Assembly (NCBI GenBank): GCA_051531975.1
Contig: JAOPTT010000016.1
Span: forward strand, 88,927 to 152,926
Source: Spirochaetaceae bacterium
Lineage (GTDB): Bacteria; Spirochaetota; Spirochaetia; DSM-2461
Length of the DNA stretch: 64,000 bases
Direction: 5' to 3'
The position numbers and the translations under genes are program-made. How positions within the stretch are numbered: position 1 is the stretch's first letter; the number at the start of each line of letters is the position of its first letter. Below are positions 19,228-29,927 of the stretch, in pieces. The notes beneath the pieces are model-generated. The model was not told the origin of the DNA. It did no database searches and saw only the letters and a list, made by a program, of their open reading frames with translations.

Positions 19228-19962
19228 ATGAGTTGGTTTGGAAAAATAGCAGGTGGAACAATAGGTTTTATTATAGGTGGACCTTTAGGGGCTGCCGGTG
19301 GAGCATTTTTAGGGCATAAACTATTAGATAACGATCAGAACCTATCTAAACACGAAGAAATTCAAGCTAACTATTTTGTAGCTCTGTTTTCTATGTTAGG
19401 TAAAATGGCTAAATCCGATGGGTTAGTTACTGCAGACGAGGTACAAACAGTAGACTATATTATTACCCATAATTTAAGGCTAGGAGAATCACAACGTAAG
19501 TTTGCAATAAATGTATTTAACGAATCTAAAAGTAGCAGTTTTACATTCGAAGATTTTGCTAATAATTTTTACAGACTTAATAGTCATAGTCCTAGTATAT
19601 TGTTTACAATGTTAAGTCTGCTGTTCGAAGTAGCAAAAGCCGATGGAAAGCTACACCCAAACGAAGAACGATTGTTAGAGAAAGCACAAAAAATATTTAA
19701 CATATCTGATTCTGATTATCACAACTTAAAAACTCAGCATTTTCCAGCAGAAACCTCGGATAAATATTATGCAATTCTTAATTGTTCTGAAGCTGACTCG
19801 GATGCTGCACTAAAATCTAGTTATAGAAAGTTAGTTCGGGAATTTCATCCTGATAAGATTGCAAATAAAGGTATGCCAGATGAGTTTAATACCTACGCTA
19901 AAAATAAATTTCAGGAGATACAGGACGCTTTCGACTATATAAAAGAGATTAGAGAGATTTAA
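19228..19962 (+). CDS. djlA: DjlA-type co-chaperone (TM-TerB-like-J domain)
   Basis: Gly-rich N-terminal TM, AKSDG and AKADG repeats, C-terminal J domain with HPD. Confidence 0.9.
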   Translation: MSWFGKIAGGTIGFIIGGPLGAAGGAFLGHKLLDNDQNLSKHEEIQANYFVALFSMLGKMAKSDGLVTADEVQTVDYIITHNLRLGESQRKFAINVFNESKSSSFTFEDFANNFYRLNSHSPSILFTMLSLLFEVAKADGKLHPNEERLLEKAQKIFNISDSDYHNLKTQHFPAETSDKYYAILNCSEADSDAALKSSYRKLVREFHPDKIANKGMPDEFNTYAKNKFQEIQDAFDYIKEIREI

Positions 19963-19970
19963 AATAATCT

Positions 19971-19999
19971 TTGCTTGTTTTAAACCATTCGTTTATACT
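19971..19999 (+). promoter_or_regulatory. Sigma70-type promoter for the STAS/hybrid kinase pair
   Basis: TTGCTT-17 nt-TATACT, about 120 nt upstream of the STAS start. Confidence 0.5.
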
Positions 20000-20119
20000 A
20001 ATAATTAGATTACTAAGAAGAAAATTGATGGTGTTTAATTCTTTATTTAAAGATTTTAACCGTATAATTTTCAATAATAGTCTTATTTAGTTAATAATAA
20101 ACCAAATTGGGAAGTTTGA

Positions 20120-20473
20120 ATGGATAATGTATCAATAAATGTTTTAAAAAAATGTCTAATTGTTAGTTTACCTGCTGTATTTTCACCTGGTACACTTAAA
20201 ATATTAGCAGAAGAGGTTCCTAATTCCCTTATTGAATTTTCTTGTATTGGTATTATTTTCGACTTTTCCCAAGTTAATCAGATTAGTGATGACGAGTTCC
20301 AATCAATTTTAAATATATCAGAATCTTCTAAACTAATTGGTGCTAGTCCTGTATTTGTAGGTTTTAAACCCGGGGTTGTAGCAGCTATTATTAGGTTAGG
20401 TATTAATACAGATAATATAATGGCAAAACTTAATATTGAAGATGGTGTGGAGCATTTAATAAATGGTATTTGA
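20120..20473 (+). CDS. STAS-domain protein, RsbS-like
   Basis: 117 aa; GIIFDFSQV and KLIGA...[15 protein letters not shown] pattern; overlaps the next gene. Confidence 0.75.
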   Translation: MDNVSINVLKKCLIVSLPAVFSPGTLKILAEEVPNSLIEFSCIGIIFDFSQVNQISDDEFQSILNISESSKLIGASPVFVGFKPGVVAAIIRLGINTDNIMAKLNIEDGVEHLINGI

Positions 20474-23135
20474 TATTGGTTCTAAAATAGTTACAGAGTA
20501 CTTACTTTTTAATACTAGAGAGAAGGTTTCAACTTTAGAGAAAAATTTAAAATTTAGACAATACCACTGTTCTAGTTCTTCATCTATTTTATCCAGTCTG
20601 TTTAAAAGAATAATAGATGAATATTGTATGTTCACTATAGAAGTTAAAATTGATACAGGTAGTACAACACCATGTCTCTATTATGTCATTACGTATAAAG
20701 GAACTAAGAACTTCGATAACAGTTCCCTTGAAATCTACAACAATACAACTTTTTTAAAATATGATGACAGAGTTTCATTAACTATTGAGACAGAAATAGA
20801 TAACGATATTGAACTTTACGAAGACAATATAAACAAAATCAGAAATACTTTTAATGAACTAAGTAAGGATGAACTTTTTAACCAGCTACAATTAGCAAAA
20901 GATGAAGCAGAGGCTGCAACTAAAGCAAAATCTGAGTTCTTAGCAAATATGAGTCATGAGATAAGAACTCCAATGAACGCAATAATAGGTCTATCCCATC
21001 TTATTAAAAAAACTGATCTTTCTGAACAGCAGGATGATTATATAAATAAAATAAACGGTTCTGCTCTTAACTTATTAGGTATTATAAATGATATTTTAGA
21101 TTTCTCAAAAATAGAAGCTGGAAAATTAACTATAGAGGACATAGATTTTGATCTAAATGTAGTATTTGATAATTTAGCTAGCATGGTAGCTCAGAAGGCT
21201 CAAGATAATAATCTAGAACTAATATTTCATATTAATACAGATATTCCAACTAATTTAACTGGTGATCCATTAAGGATTGGTCAAATCCTACTAAACTTAG
21301 CTAATAATGCAGTAAAGTTCACAGAAAAAGGTGAGATTGTAGTTGAAGCTGGTCTAATTTCTAAGAAAGAAGATGAAGTTACACTAAAATTTTCTGTTAG
21401 AGATACGGGTATAGGTTTAACAGAGGAGCAACAAGGTAGACTTTTCCAATCTTTCTCTCAAGCTGATACTTCTACAACAAGAAAATATGGTGGTACAGGT
21501 TTAGGTCTTTCAATTAGTAAAAAACTATCAGAATTAATGGGTGGAACAATAGGTGTAGAGAGTGTCTACAATGAGGGTTCAACTTTCTTTTTTACTGGTA
21601 CTTTTCCTACAAGATATGTAGATGATATAGATGTTCCAAAACTAAATAAAGAGATAAAGAACCTTGAAGTTCTAGTAGTAGATGATAGTGCAACTTCGAG
21701 AAAAGTAATATCAGACTACTTATCAAAAATAACAACAAATATAACAACAGCTAAAAATGGCTCAGAAGCAATTGATCTGTTTAAAAAAGATCCTGAGAAA
21801 TACAAAGTAATTTTAATGGATTATAATATGCCAAAACTAAATGGTGTTGAAACTTTAAGCCAGATCCATGAGTTATTAGGAAACAAAACAAAACCAAAGG
21901 TTATATTAATAACTTCTATAGATAGAGATGAAATAATAAAAGGCAAAATAGAACCAGACGGTTTGATGTTAAAACCTATAAATCCAGTAACTCTTTTCAA
22001 CTGTATGATGCAAGTTCTAGGTCAAAAAGAGTATAAAAAAGTAGTTGATGAGAATTCACTTTTCCCTGAAGACTTTGACTTAGTTCGTGGAGCTAATATC
22101 TTACTTGTTGAAGATAATATTATTAATCAGCAGGTTGCAGTTGAGATCCTAGAATCTGAGGCCTTCAATGTAGACATCGCTGACAACGGTAAGATATCTG
22201 TAGATATGGTTCAATCAAAACAATACGATATAGTTTTAATGGACTTACAAATGCCAATAATGGGTGGTGTAGAAGCCACTAAGTTAATAAGAAACCTATC
22301 AAAGGGAAACAACATACCAATAATTGCTATGACTGCCGACGCTATGTCCGGTGTAAGAGAGTCTGTAATAGAATCAGGTATGAACGACTACCTAACCAAA
22401 CCAATAGAGATGGCACACTTATGGAAGGTATTAAGTACCTGGATAACAAAAAGAGAGAGAGAACTTCCTAACTGCAAAATCAACCAAACACAAAAAATAA
22501 AAAAAGCAATAAAAGAAGAATCAAAAGAAGAGTTACCAACAATATCTGGTATTAATATGCCTGAAGCAATAGCTAGGGTTTCAAATAACAAAGACCTTTT
22601 TTACAGACTACTATTAGACTTTTCAAAAACTTACTTAAACATAACAGATGAAATGAATACCCTATTAAAAGAAGAAAAATTAGAAGAAGCAATAAGACTA
22701 ATACACTCCTTTAGAGGTGTCTGCGCTAACCTAAGTGTAATAGATCTTCAAAAGATAGCAACATCTATAGAGGTTGGTTTAAAAGATGGTAAAGACATGT
22801 CTACTGAAATAGAATCAATAAAAGAACCAATGACAGTTACATCAGAAGAGATAAACCAAAAACTAGAAAAAGATGATAAAAACATAAATACTAATGACAT
22901 AGATTCAAAAGAAAAGTTACCAAAAAAACTACTGTTAGAGAACTTAAGCCAAATAGATGAATCCCTAAAAAAAAGAAAACCAAAGCCAGCTCTAGAAGCT
23001 CTAACTAACTTAACAACCTACTACATAGACCCAGTTCTACTAACACAACTTAACAAACTCCACGACTTCATTTCCAAATACAACATGAAGGGAGCAATAG
23101 TAGAATTAGAAAGTATTCTAGTGTCATTAAAATAA
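20463..23135 (+). CDS. Cytoplasmic hybrid histidine kinase (HisKA-HATPase-REC-REC-Hpt)
   Basis: [32 protein letters not shown]; receivers with LMDYNMP and LMDLQMP; Hpt IHSFRG; no TM segment. Confidence 0.93.
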   Translation: MVFDIGSKIVTEYLLFNTREKVSTLEKNLKFRQYHCSSSSSILSSLFKRIIDEYCMFTIEVKIDTGSTTPCLYYVITYKGTKNFDNSSLEIYNNTTFLKYDDRVSLTIETEIDNDIELYEDNINKIRNTFNELSKDELFNQLQLAKDEAEAATKAKSEFLANMSHEIRTPMNAIIGLSHLIKKTDLSEQQDDYINKINGSALNLLGIINDILDFSKIEAGKLTIEDIDFDLNVVFDNLASMVAQKAQDNNLELIFHINTDIPTNLTGDPLRIGQILLNLANNAVKFTEKGEIVVEAGLISKKEDEVTLKFSVRDTGIGLTEEQQGRLFQSFSQADTSTTRKYGGTGLGLSISKKLSELMGGTIGVESVYNEGSTFFFTGTFPTRYVDDIDVPKLNKEIKNLEVLVVDDSATSRKVISDYLSKITTNITTAKNGSEAIDLFKKDPEKYKVILMDYNMPKLNGVETLSQIHELLGNKTKPKVILITSIDRDEIIKGKIEPDGLMLKPINPVTLFNCMMQVLGQKEYKKVVDENSLFPEDFDLVRGANILLVEDNIINQQVAVEILESEAFNVDIADNGKISVDMVQSKQYDIVLMDLQMPIMGGVEATKLIRNLSKGNNIPIIAMTADAMSGVRESVIESGMNDYLTKPIEMAHLWKVLSTWITKRERELPNCKINQTQKIKKAIKEESKEELPTISGINMPEAIARVSNNKDLFYRLLLDFSKTYLNITDEMNTLLKEEKLEEAIRLIHSFRGVCANLSVIDLQKIATSIEVGLKDGKDMSTEIESIKEPMTVTSEEINQKLEKDDKNINTNDIDSKEKLPKKLLLENLSQIDESLKKRKPKPALEALTNLTTYYIDPVLLTQLNKLHDFISKYNMKGAIVELESILVSLK

Positions 23136-23227
23136 TAAAAACAAACCACAATAAAACAATAACATTTAAAAAGAACTATAATATCAATAAGAGTATAGTC
23201 GTTACTAATATTTTAGGGGTTAATAAT

Positions 23228-25420
23228 ATGAGTAAGAATGATGGGGTTTTTCGGAAAAAAGAGAATTTACAATGGGAAATTGTTAATCCTTATTCAAAAC
23301 TTATTGTTTTGATATCTGTATTAATTATACTCATTTCCTCAGCTTTAACATTTTATAATTCAATCCAGTTTATCAAAGAAGTTGAACTAGAAAGATCATC
23401 TAAAATATCTCAAGAAGTTTTATCTTTCTTAGATTTACCACTAAAAGCAGTAGAAGAAAATATAAACTTGTATAATATTGGAATCCTAGATGACCTTTCA
23501 GTAAATGAAATAAGAATTCTTTTTACAAATCAGTATCACTTATATACTGATCTTACACTAATAGGTATAGGGCTTGAAGATGGAACTTATATTGATGTTC
23601 AGTATTTTAGTAATAATAGCCTTTATTTTAGTGAAAGAGATTCAAGAACAGGTGATTATAAAGGTAGGATTATAAGCTATGATGCAGACATTTTATCTTT
23701 AAATAATGAAATGGTTTATGATCATAGATTAAGACCATGGTATCAGAACGTAATTAAAAATAATGATATAGAGCTAAAATGGACTCCAATTTATACATCA
23801 ATAACTCCTAAAGCTCTATTTATAACTGCTACAAAACCAATCTTCAATGATATAAATAAATTTATGGGAGTCATGGTTTCCAGCTTAAGTTTAACTAGAT
23901 TAACTAATATTTTATCATCTATAAAAAATATTGGAGATGCTAAGATCCTAATTGTTGAGAATAATGGAGATATTGTTGCTTCAACAGAGCATAAAGTGCC
24001 TTTTTCCCAGATAGATGATGAATTAAAAAGAATAAATATATCCAGCATAGATAATCAGTTATATAAAAAAATCTATAGTTTCATGGAAAAATCAGATCGT
24101 GATGTAGAGTTAGTCTGGAATAACTTAGAACTTTATTTTTTAGACTCGTATAACATAAATGATGATAGAGGTATTAATTGGGAAATGATTATCTTACATC
24201 CTATAGAAAGTATAATTAATCAAATTATCTTAAAAATTGTAATTATTGTTATAATAACTTTTTTTATTAACTTTATAGGAATTATTATTGGAAGAAATAT
24301 AGCAAAGAACATTAGCGAACCTATCATTAGTATTAAAAATGCTGCGAACGATATTGTACATGGTAATCTAGATAGCAGGTCTAAGGTATTTAAAAATAAT
24401 GAAGTTGGCCAGATGGCTATTTCATTTAATGTAATGGGAGATACAATCAATAGTCTTATTAATAATCTAGAAGAAAAAGTAAAGGAAAGATCTAGAGAAC
24501 TAGAATTATCCCAAAAGAAACTTTCATTACATGTAGAAAATACCCCACTCGCTGTAATAGAATGGGATAATGATTTTAATATTACATCCTGGAATAAGAG
24601 TGCTGAAAATATTTTTGGTTATTCCGAAGCTGAAATAATTGGTATTCATAGTATCGAGTTATTACTGTCTAAAGAAAAAATAGTTGAAGAAAAAGTTAAA
24701 AGGGTACTAGATTCACTTAAAAAAAATGAAGGTGAAAAAAGAAGCATTAATATTAATATAACTAAAGATGGTCGTATAATTCATTGTGACTGGTATAATA
24801 CTGCTCTAGTTGATAGTCACGGAATTGTATATGGTTCAGCATCATTAGTATTAGATATTACACATCAAGTTAAGTACCTAGAACAACAGGACAGAGAAAA
24901 TCAGCAATTAGAGTATATGTCATATATAGATGGTTTAACAAATATAGCAAATAGAAGAAGTTTTGATTTATATATAGGAAAAGAGTTAGAAAGAGCTTTT
25001 AGGAATAAAACTAAAGTATCTCTAATTATGGCAGATATAGACTTTTTTAAAGATTTCAATGACAAAAATGGTCATGTAGATGGTGATGAATGTTTAAAAA
25101 TGATTGCTGGGGCAATTAACAAATCTGCCAGAAGACCTGCTGATAAAGCGTTTAGGTATGGTGGCGAAGAGTTTACATTTGTTCTCCCTGAAACAGATAT
25201 CGTTGGAGCTATGTTTGCAGCACAACAAATAAAAGAATCGGTTAAAGCTCTAAAAATACCACATGAAAAATCAAGTATTAGTGATATCGTTACTTTGAGT
25301 ATGGGAGTCGCAAGTATAGTCCCCAATAAAGGATTTACTCCTGAAGATTTAATAAATCTTGCAGATAAAAGATTATATAAAGCTAAGGAAAGTGGTAGAG
25401 ATTGTATAAAAGACAGTTAG
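23228..25420 (+). CDS. Membrane diguanylate cyclase (Cache-HAMP-PAS-GGDEF)
   Basis: Two TMs, YDHRLRPWY Cache motif, HAMP, PAS, DGLT/NRR, DIDFFK, RPAD I-site and GGEEF. Confidence 0.93.
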   Translation: MSKNDGVFRKKENLQWEIVNPYSKLIVLISVLIILISSALTFYNSIQFIKEVELERSSKISQEVLSFLDLPLKAVEENINLYNIGILDDLSVNEIRILFTNQYHLYTDLTLIGIGLEDGTYIDVQYFSNNSLYFSERDSRTGDYKGRIISYDADILSLNNEMVYDHRLRPWYQNVIKNNDIELKWTPIYTSITPKALFITATKPIFNDINKFMGVMVSSLSLTRLTNILSSIKNIGDAKILIVENNGDIVASTEHKVPFSQIDDELKRINISSIDNQLYKKIYSFMEKSDRDVELVWNNLELYFLDSYNINDDRGINWEMIILHPIESIINQIILKIVIIVIITFFINFIGIIIGRNIAKNISEPIISIKNAANDIVHGNLDSRSKVFKNNEVGQMAISFNVMGDTINSLINNLEEKVKERSRELELSQKKLSLHVENTPLAVIEWDNDFNITSWNKSAENIFGYSEAEIIGIHSIELLLSKEKIVEEKVKRVLDSLKKNEGEKRSININITKDGRIIHCDWYNTALVDSHGIVYGSASLVLDITHQVKYLEQQDRENQQLEYMSYIDGLTNIANRRSFDLYIGKELERAFRNKTKVSLIMADIDFFKDFNDKNGHVDGDECLKMIAGAINKSARRPADKAFRYGGEEFTFVLPETDIVGAMFAAQQIKESVKALKIPHEKSSISDIVTLSMGVASIVPNKGFTPEDLINLADKRLYKAKESGRDCIKDS

Positions 25421-25512
25421 TGTTGAGTTTTAAACTCTATTACAATTTTTTTATCTACTAAGAGATATACTACTCATACACTGATATTTTAATTTTTTAA
25501 TTATCTGTGAAC

Positions 25513-25545
25513 AGGGAGACAAAAAAGATATTTTCAAGTCTCCCT
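25513..25545. terminator. Inverted repeat between convergent genes
   Basis: AGGGAGAC-17 nt-GTCTCCCT, 16 nt beyond the lipoprotein stop. Confidence 0.45.
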
Positions 25546-25561
25546 TGAAACTTATCTCAGA

Positions 25562-26608
25562 TTAGAATCGCCCTTTAATTACTTGTTTTTCGGTGATAAC
25601 ATCAGCAGCAACAAGAGCTCTCTGATAGGAAGTGGATTCACGTGACATTCTCACTGTTGCACCTGATATTCCATCGGTAGAGTCCTGAGCTGTTTTGGTA
25701 GCTCCAGAAACAATATCCACACCAAAGAAATTATTATCATTGACTCCATTTTTAAATTTAGGAATAGACCAATCAATAAGTGAGTCAAGTTCTTTAACAT
25801 TCTTTCCTACGATAAAATTTCCAACGGTTTTATAGTTTCCTGTCCATCCGCCAGATGAGAAAAATCCGTGTTCCACGCTCATTGTCTTAGGAATTCCATT
25901 ATTAAATGATACACCAGCTTTTTCCATTAGTTCCTGAATGGAACTCTCTGAAGTTAGGCCCCTATAGGTACCTCTTGCGATGTAAACGTATTCATCTTCG
26001 TAAAATCCAAAAAGGTGAGTATTTTCATACTTTTCCCAATTTGTTGGTTTTATATATCCAGATCCTGATGTTCTAACCGTTGGAATTAACAATCCATTAG
26101 CAATGGTTATATCAGAAATTGGTCTAGAATAATCAAAATCTGATGTCAGTTTTAACTCAGACATATATCGGTGGAATGGGTCAACCATGACGAAAGCCAA
26201 TGTGGAATCATCATTAACTGCAACTGCAAAAAATGACATTTTATCATTTGTTTTTATGTTGAACATAGAAGAACCGGCTGTATAATCCTGAGTGTCAGAT
26301 TGAGGTTGAGCTAAAGATGGCTCTACTGAAAAATCTACTGTAACTGTGGATGATGGGTCATTTCTCAAATACCAAGATTCGCCAGACTTACTCAATTTCA
26401 TAAAATCCATAGATGCCTCTAGGACATTACCTTTTTTATCTAATACCAATGTTGTCTCTATTTTCTGCGAAGCTTCTTCAAGAATGACACCCTTGAATTC
26501 TCCTTTCCATGAGTATCCGGTGTAGGTTCCAGAATAATCTTTTCCACAACTCATTAGTACTAGTACTGAAGTAAGGGCAAATAAGCTTTTTATAATATTT
26601 TTGTTCAT
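25562..26608 (-). CDS. Lipoprotein with FMN-binding (flavinylation) motifs
   Basis: Lipobox LMS-C; tandem DIVSGAT and DGISGAT near the C-terminus; AAGGAG RBS. Confidence 0.7.
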   Translation of the reverse strand: MNKNIIKSLFALTSVLVLMSCGKDYSGTYTGYSWKGEFKGVILEEASQKIETTLVLDKKGNVLEASMDFMKLSKSGESWYLRNDPSSTVTVDFSVEPSLAQPQSDTQDYTAGSSMFNIKTNDKMSFFAVAVNDDSTLAFVMVDPFHRYMSELKLTSDFDYSRPISDITIANGLLIPTVRTSGSGYIKPTNWEKYENTHLFGFYEDEYVYIARGTYRGLTSESSIQELMEKAGVSFNNGIPKTMSVEHGFFSSGGWTGNYKTVGNFIVGKNVKELDSLIDWSIPKFKNGVNDNNFFGVDIVSGATKTAQDSTDGISGATVRMSRESTSYQRALVAADVITEKQVIKGRF

Positions 26609-26841
26609 AGGTTCTCCTTAATTATATTAGTGTTCATAATATTCAAGTATTGATAAATTAACAATAAGACATATGTCCCTGTTCCAGATACTGTGGCTAA
26701 ATACATCAAGGAATTATTCCTATCTGCAAAGCACTATCGATACAGGGTGAGGTCTAATAAAATCACGAAAATTTAATAAAAAATGAATGACTTCAAAGAA
26801 TTTTCAGTTTATTATTTAAATTAAATTATGATGGAGTTTAA

Positions 26842-27519
26842 ATGAAAAGAAAATATTCAATTCTAATATTTTTAGTTGGGGTAATTTCAGCTTTTGGATA
26901 TATTATATTTCACAATATAGCACCCTTAGCTGTAAATATGATATTTAAAACATTACCTTGTATTTCAATGTGTGTTTGGATGATTATAAAAAAATTAGAT
27001 AAAATAAATTCCTTTATTTTTATAGGAATATTTCTATCTTTGGTTTGTGATATTTTTATGCTACTTGATTTAATTACAATAGGAATGGTTTTTAATATGA
27101 TAGCATTAGTTTTTTACACTATCTACTTTGTTCGTTCAGATCCTAGTTTAGATATTTATAGAGTTATTCCATTTTTTATTATCCTGACAATTTTTTATAT
27201 CATATTATATAAAACACTAGAGGATAATAAAATTCCAGTATTAATTTATTGTATTTTATATATTGTTTTTTTATGGAGATCCTCTGCAAGAATTGGAGAA
27301 AAGCATATCAGTAAACTGTCTCAATGGGTATGTTTCTTTGGAGTTCTACTTATCGCTGGTAGTGATTTTTTATTAAGCCTAATGTTATTTAGCGTAATAT
27401 CTTATGCTAATATATTATATATGATAGTCATGATCTGTTGGTGGACTGGATTATTCTTCTTAATGATTACTGCTGAACTAAAAAAACAGGTATATTTAAA
27501 ACTGAGCGTAGCTTTATAG
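26842..27519 (+). CDS. YhhN/TMEM86 (lysoplasmalogenase-like) membrane protein
   Basis: Multi-TM; KTLP, SLVCDIFM, PVLIY and GSDFLL patterns. Confidence 0.75.
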   Translation: MKRKYSILIFLVGVISAFGYIIFHNIAPLAVNMIFKTLPCISMCVWMIIKKLDKINSFIFIGIFLSLVCDIFMLLDLITIGMVFNMIALVFYTIYFVRSDPSLDIYRVIPFFIILTIFYIILYKTLEDNKIPVLIYCILYIVFLWRSSARIGEKHISKLSQWVCFFGVLLIAGSDFLLSLMLFSVISYANILYMIVMICWWTGLFFLMITAELKKQVYLKLSVAL

Positions 27520-27549
27520 ATTCACTAAAATGTAATTTGCATCATCACT

Positions 27550-28710
27550 TCATTCCGAGCGTCGTTGATCAATAAAATATAATAGAACAATATACACAAC
27601 AGCAACGGCAGATGTTATGGTTATGAACTTATAGAAAACATTTATACCATAATCATCAATCAGTAAACCTCCAAGGATATTAGCAAATAGTGAAGCAATA
27701 CCAAAATAGGTTGAAGCACCAACAGTTTGTGCACTAGCTAATAGTGATAGTGGTGTTACTTTGGAGATATAGATTTTAAATGTAACAAGGAAGATACTAA
27801 ATGCAAAACCTTGTAGTACGGATGTTATTAACACACCTATATAAGAACCTGATTGTGTTAGAAAATAGACACGGAAGAAAGAAGCTACAGCAACCCAGAT
27901 CATGATAACTAGTGGGTTGTGTTTTTTTTGAAGTCTACTACCTAAGTAGAAGCCTAATATTTCGGTAAAGGCTGCTGCGGAAGCAGACATACCAATGAGT
28001 CCTTCATTACCACCAACATTTTGTACAACATATATATAGAAATTATTAATACCCATATGACCAATAAATATTAGAACACTAAAAAGTAAAAGACCCATAT
28101 AACGAGGATTAGTTATAAGTTGCTTGACCTGCTTAAAGCCCATAGGTGATGGCACCTTTAGAGTCTTGGTTTTTGTAGTAATTGCGGTAATAAATAAAAG
28201 ACAACCAGATATAATAAAGGCCATTATAGATACTTTAAATCCAAACCTAACTATTAACCCACCAAATATAATTGTAATAATAGAAAAACCGAAGGAGCCA
28301 CTTGAACGGATAGTCCCATATCCAGAGTGGGGCAGGTCTTTTGTTGAAAATATCCAACTATCTAGAAGTGATTCAAGAGGCATCCACGTTATGTTGAAAA
28401 GAATCATAATACCGATGGCTAGGACACTGTACCTAGCAAAAAATATGAATAAAGCAACAGTACACATCATTGCCACTAATAGAGCTAGAAATATGGTTTT
28501 TATCTTAGATGTTAGGTCGCTGATATATCCAAAGAGGTACTGAGATATGATACCAATTAAAGTTGATAAAGTCAGACCTAAGGCAATAAACTTGCTAGAA
28601 TAGCCAAGATCTTTCAGATAGGCTACATAAAATATGCCGAAGGTACCAAAAGTGAACCATAAAAGAAATTGCATTAACATGAAACGGTACTTTATCTGTT
28701 TTATTGTCAT
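27550..28710 (-). CDS. MFS transporter (MFS_1-like / LacY-HcaT-type)
   Basis: About 12 TMs; FGYISD and YGTIRSSGSFGF; start moved to ATG 28710 after AAGGA. Confidence 0.88.
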   Translation of the reverse strand: MTIKQIKYRFMLMQFLLWFTFGTFGIFYVAYLKDLGYSSKFIALGLTLSTLIGIISQYLFGYISDLTSKIKTIFLALLVAMMCTVALFIFFARYSVLAIGIMILFNITWMPLESLLDSWIFSTKDLPHSGYGTIRSSGSFGFSIITIIFGGLIVRFGFKVSIMAFIISGCLLFITAITTKTKTLKVPSPMGFKQVKQLITNPRYMGLLLFSVLIFIGHMGINNFYIYVVQNVGGNEGLIGMSASAAAFTEILGFYLGSRLQKKHNPLVIMIWVAVASFFRVYFLTQSGSYIGVLITSVLQGFAFSIFLVTFKIYISKVTPLSLLASAQTVGASTYFGIASLFANILGGLLIDDYGINVFYKFITITSAVAVVYIVLLYFIDQRRSE

Positions 28711-28931
28711 ATGGTTCCTTCTAAAATCGAATAGCGGCATAGTTTATCTAAAGACAATGGAGAAACAATGGATTATTGATGTAACTATTGGGTTTTATGA
28801 TAATATGTATATCAAAAATATTTTAGCATAAAACTATCCATAGACGCCACCAGTGTATGTGATACCATTTATATCGATATTAGAATATAGAAATTTATTT
28901 CTTAGTTATTATTGGTATATATAGATTAACA

Positions 28932-29849
28932 TCAATTAATATCTAAAACTTCACCTCTAGTAGAGTTATGTATGAACCAGCTAAACCACATTTCATAATA
29001 GCCAGGCATAACCTCTTTATCTATTAAAACTTTTACTTGGCCTTTCTCATATTTAACCATAATATTTTTATTACTAGTATTATAAACATGATTGTTTTTA
29101 TCTAAATCCTTTAATTTAAAAGTATATGATTTATTATTGTAGTCAAATACATACATTAATTCTTTTGGATGAAAGTCTTTATCAAATGGGCTTATTGGGA
29201 AATAGAATTTATCATTAGTGTCGTAATCACCGTAGGGATTATAACCATATTCTCTTTTAAACCCTGTATTAGTAGATAAGATAAGAGCTTTAGGGTAATT
29301 ATCCATAACAGTCTTAAACTCAAGTATGTTAACCGGTATTTTTTCAAGTTTATATCCAGTATATTTACCTACAACTGATTCCCCCTTAGACTGGGACCAC
29401 AAACTCTCTGTGCTAATGTCGTACATTAAAAGGTTAGACTCATATAACAAACCACTAACACCAAACTTATGAACCCTGTTTTTGAACTCTCTATTAAAAA
29501 CTATTCCAGATCCACATAAAGGACAAAAAGTTACGGATATATAGTTATCTGATATTTTATCGTTAACTATTTCATGCCAGACTAGAATATTAAATGGGTA
29601 GAATTTTTGAATACCATCTATATCTAAAAATAGTCCTAAATCTGTATCTTCAAGATTACTTTTTGATATTGTATTAAAAACTGGTTTATTTATAGCAGGA
29701 ATCCCATCTTTACCTGGGCCTCCTGATAATATTTTATTTAAATCTATAGATGATCTACTAGAATCTGTCTTAAATCCTTTTAAATCTAATGCTTCACTTG
29801 TAGTTGTGATTAAAAACAGAATAAATAGTTTAAATATTATCCTTTTCAT
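28932..29849 (-). CDS. Exported DUF3179-family protein
   Basis: GGPGKDGIPAI, YPFNILVWHEIVND, TFCPLCGSG, FGVSGLLYESNLLMYD...SLWSQ. Confidence 0.85.
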   Translation of the reverse strand: MKRIIFKLFILFLITTTSEALDLKGFKTDSSRSSIDLNKILSGGPGKDGIPAINKPVFNTISKSNLEDTDLGLFLDIDGIQKFYPFNILVWHEIVNDKISDNYISVTFCPLCGSGIVFNREFKNRVHKFGVSGLLYESNLLMYDISTESLWSQSKGESVVGKYTGYKLEKIPVNILEFKTVMDNYPKALILSTNTGFKREYGYNPYGDYDTNDKFYFPISPFDKDFHPKELMYVFDYNNKSYTFKLKDLDKNNHVYNTSNKNIMVKYEKGQVKVLIDKEVMPGYYEMWFSWFIHNSTRGEVLDIN

Positions 29850-29927
29850 AATGACTCCTAATATAATATTAGTTCATTTTACTATTGTTTTGTATTCAAA
29901 TTATCAGCAAAGAAACCACCACATGAA

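Noticed and set aside
26667..26755. Assignment as a Moco or FMN riboswitch
   Set aside because: Only partial word-level similarity; the conserved cores could not be matched by eye, so it is kept only as an unassigned candidate.
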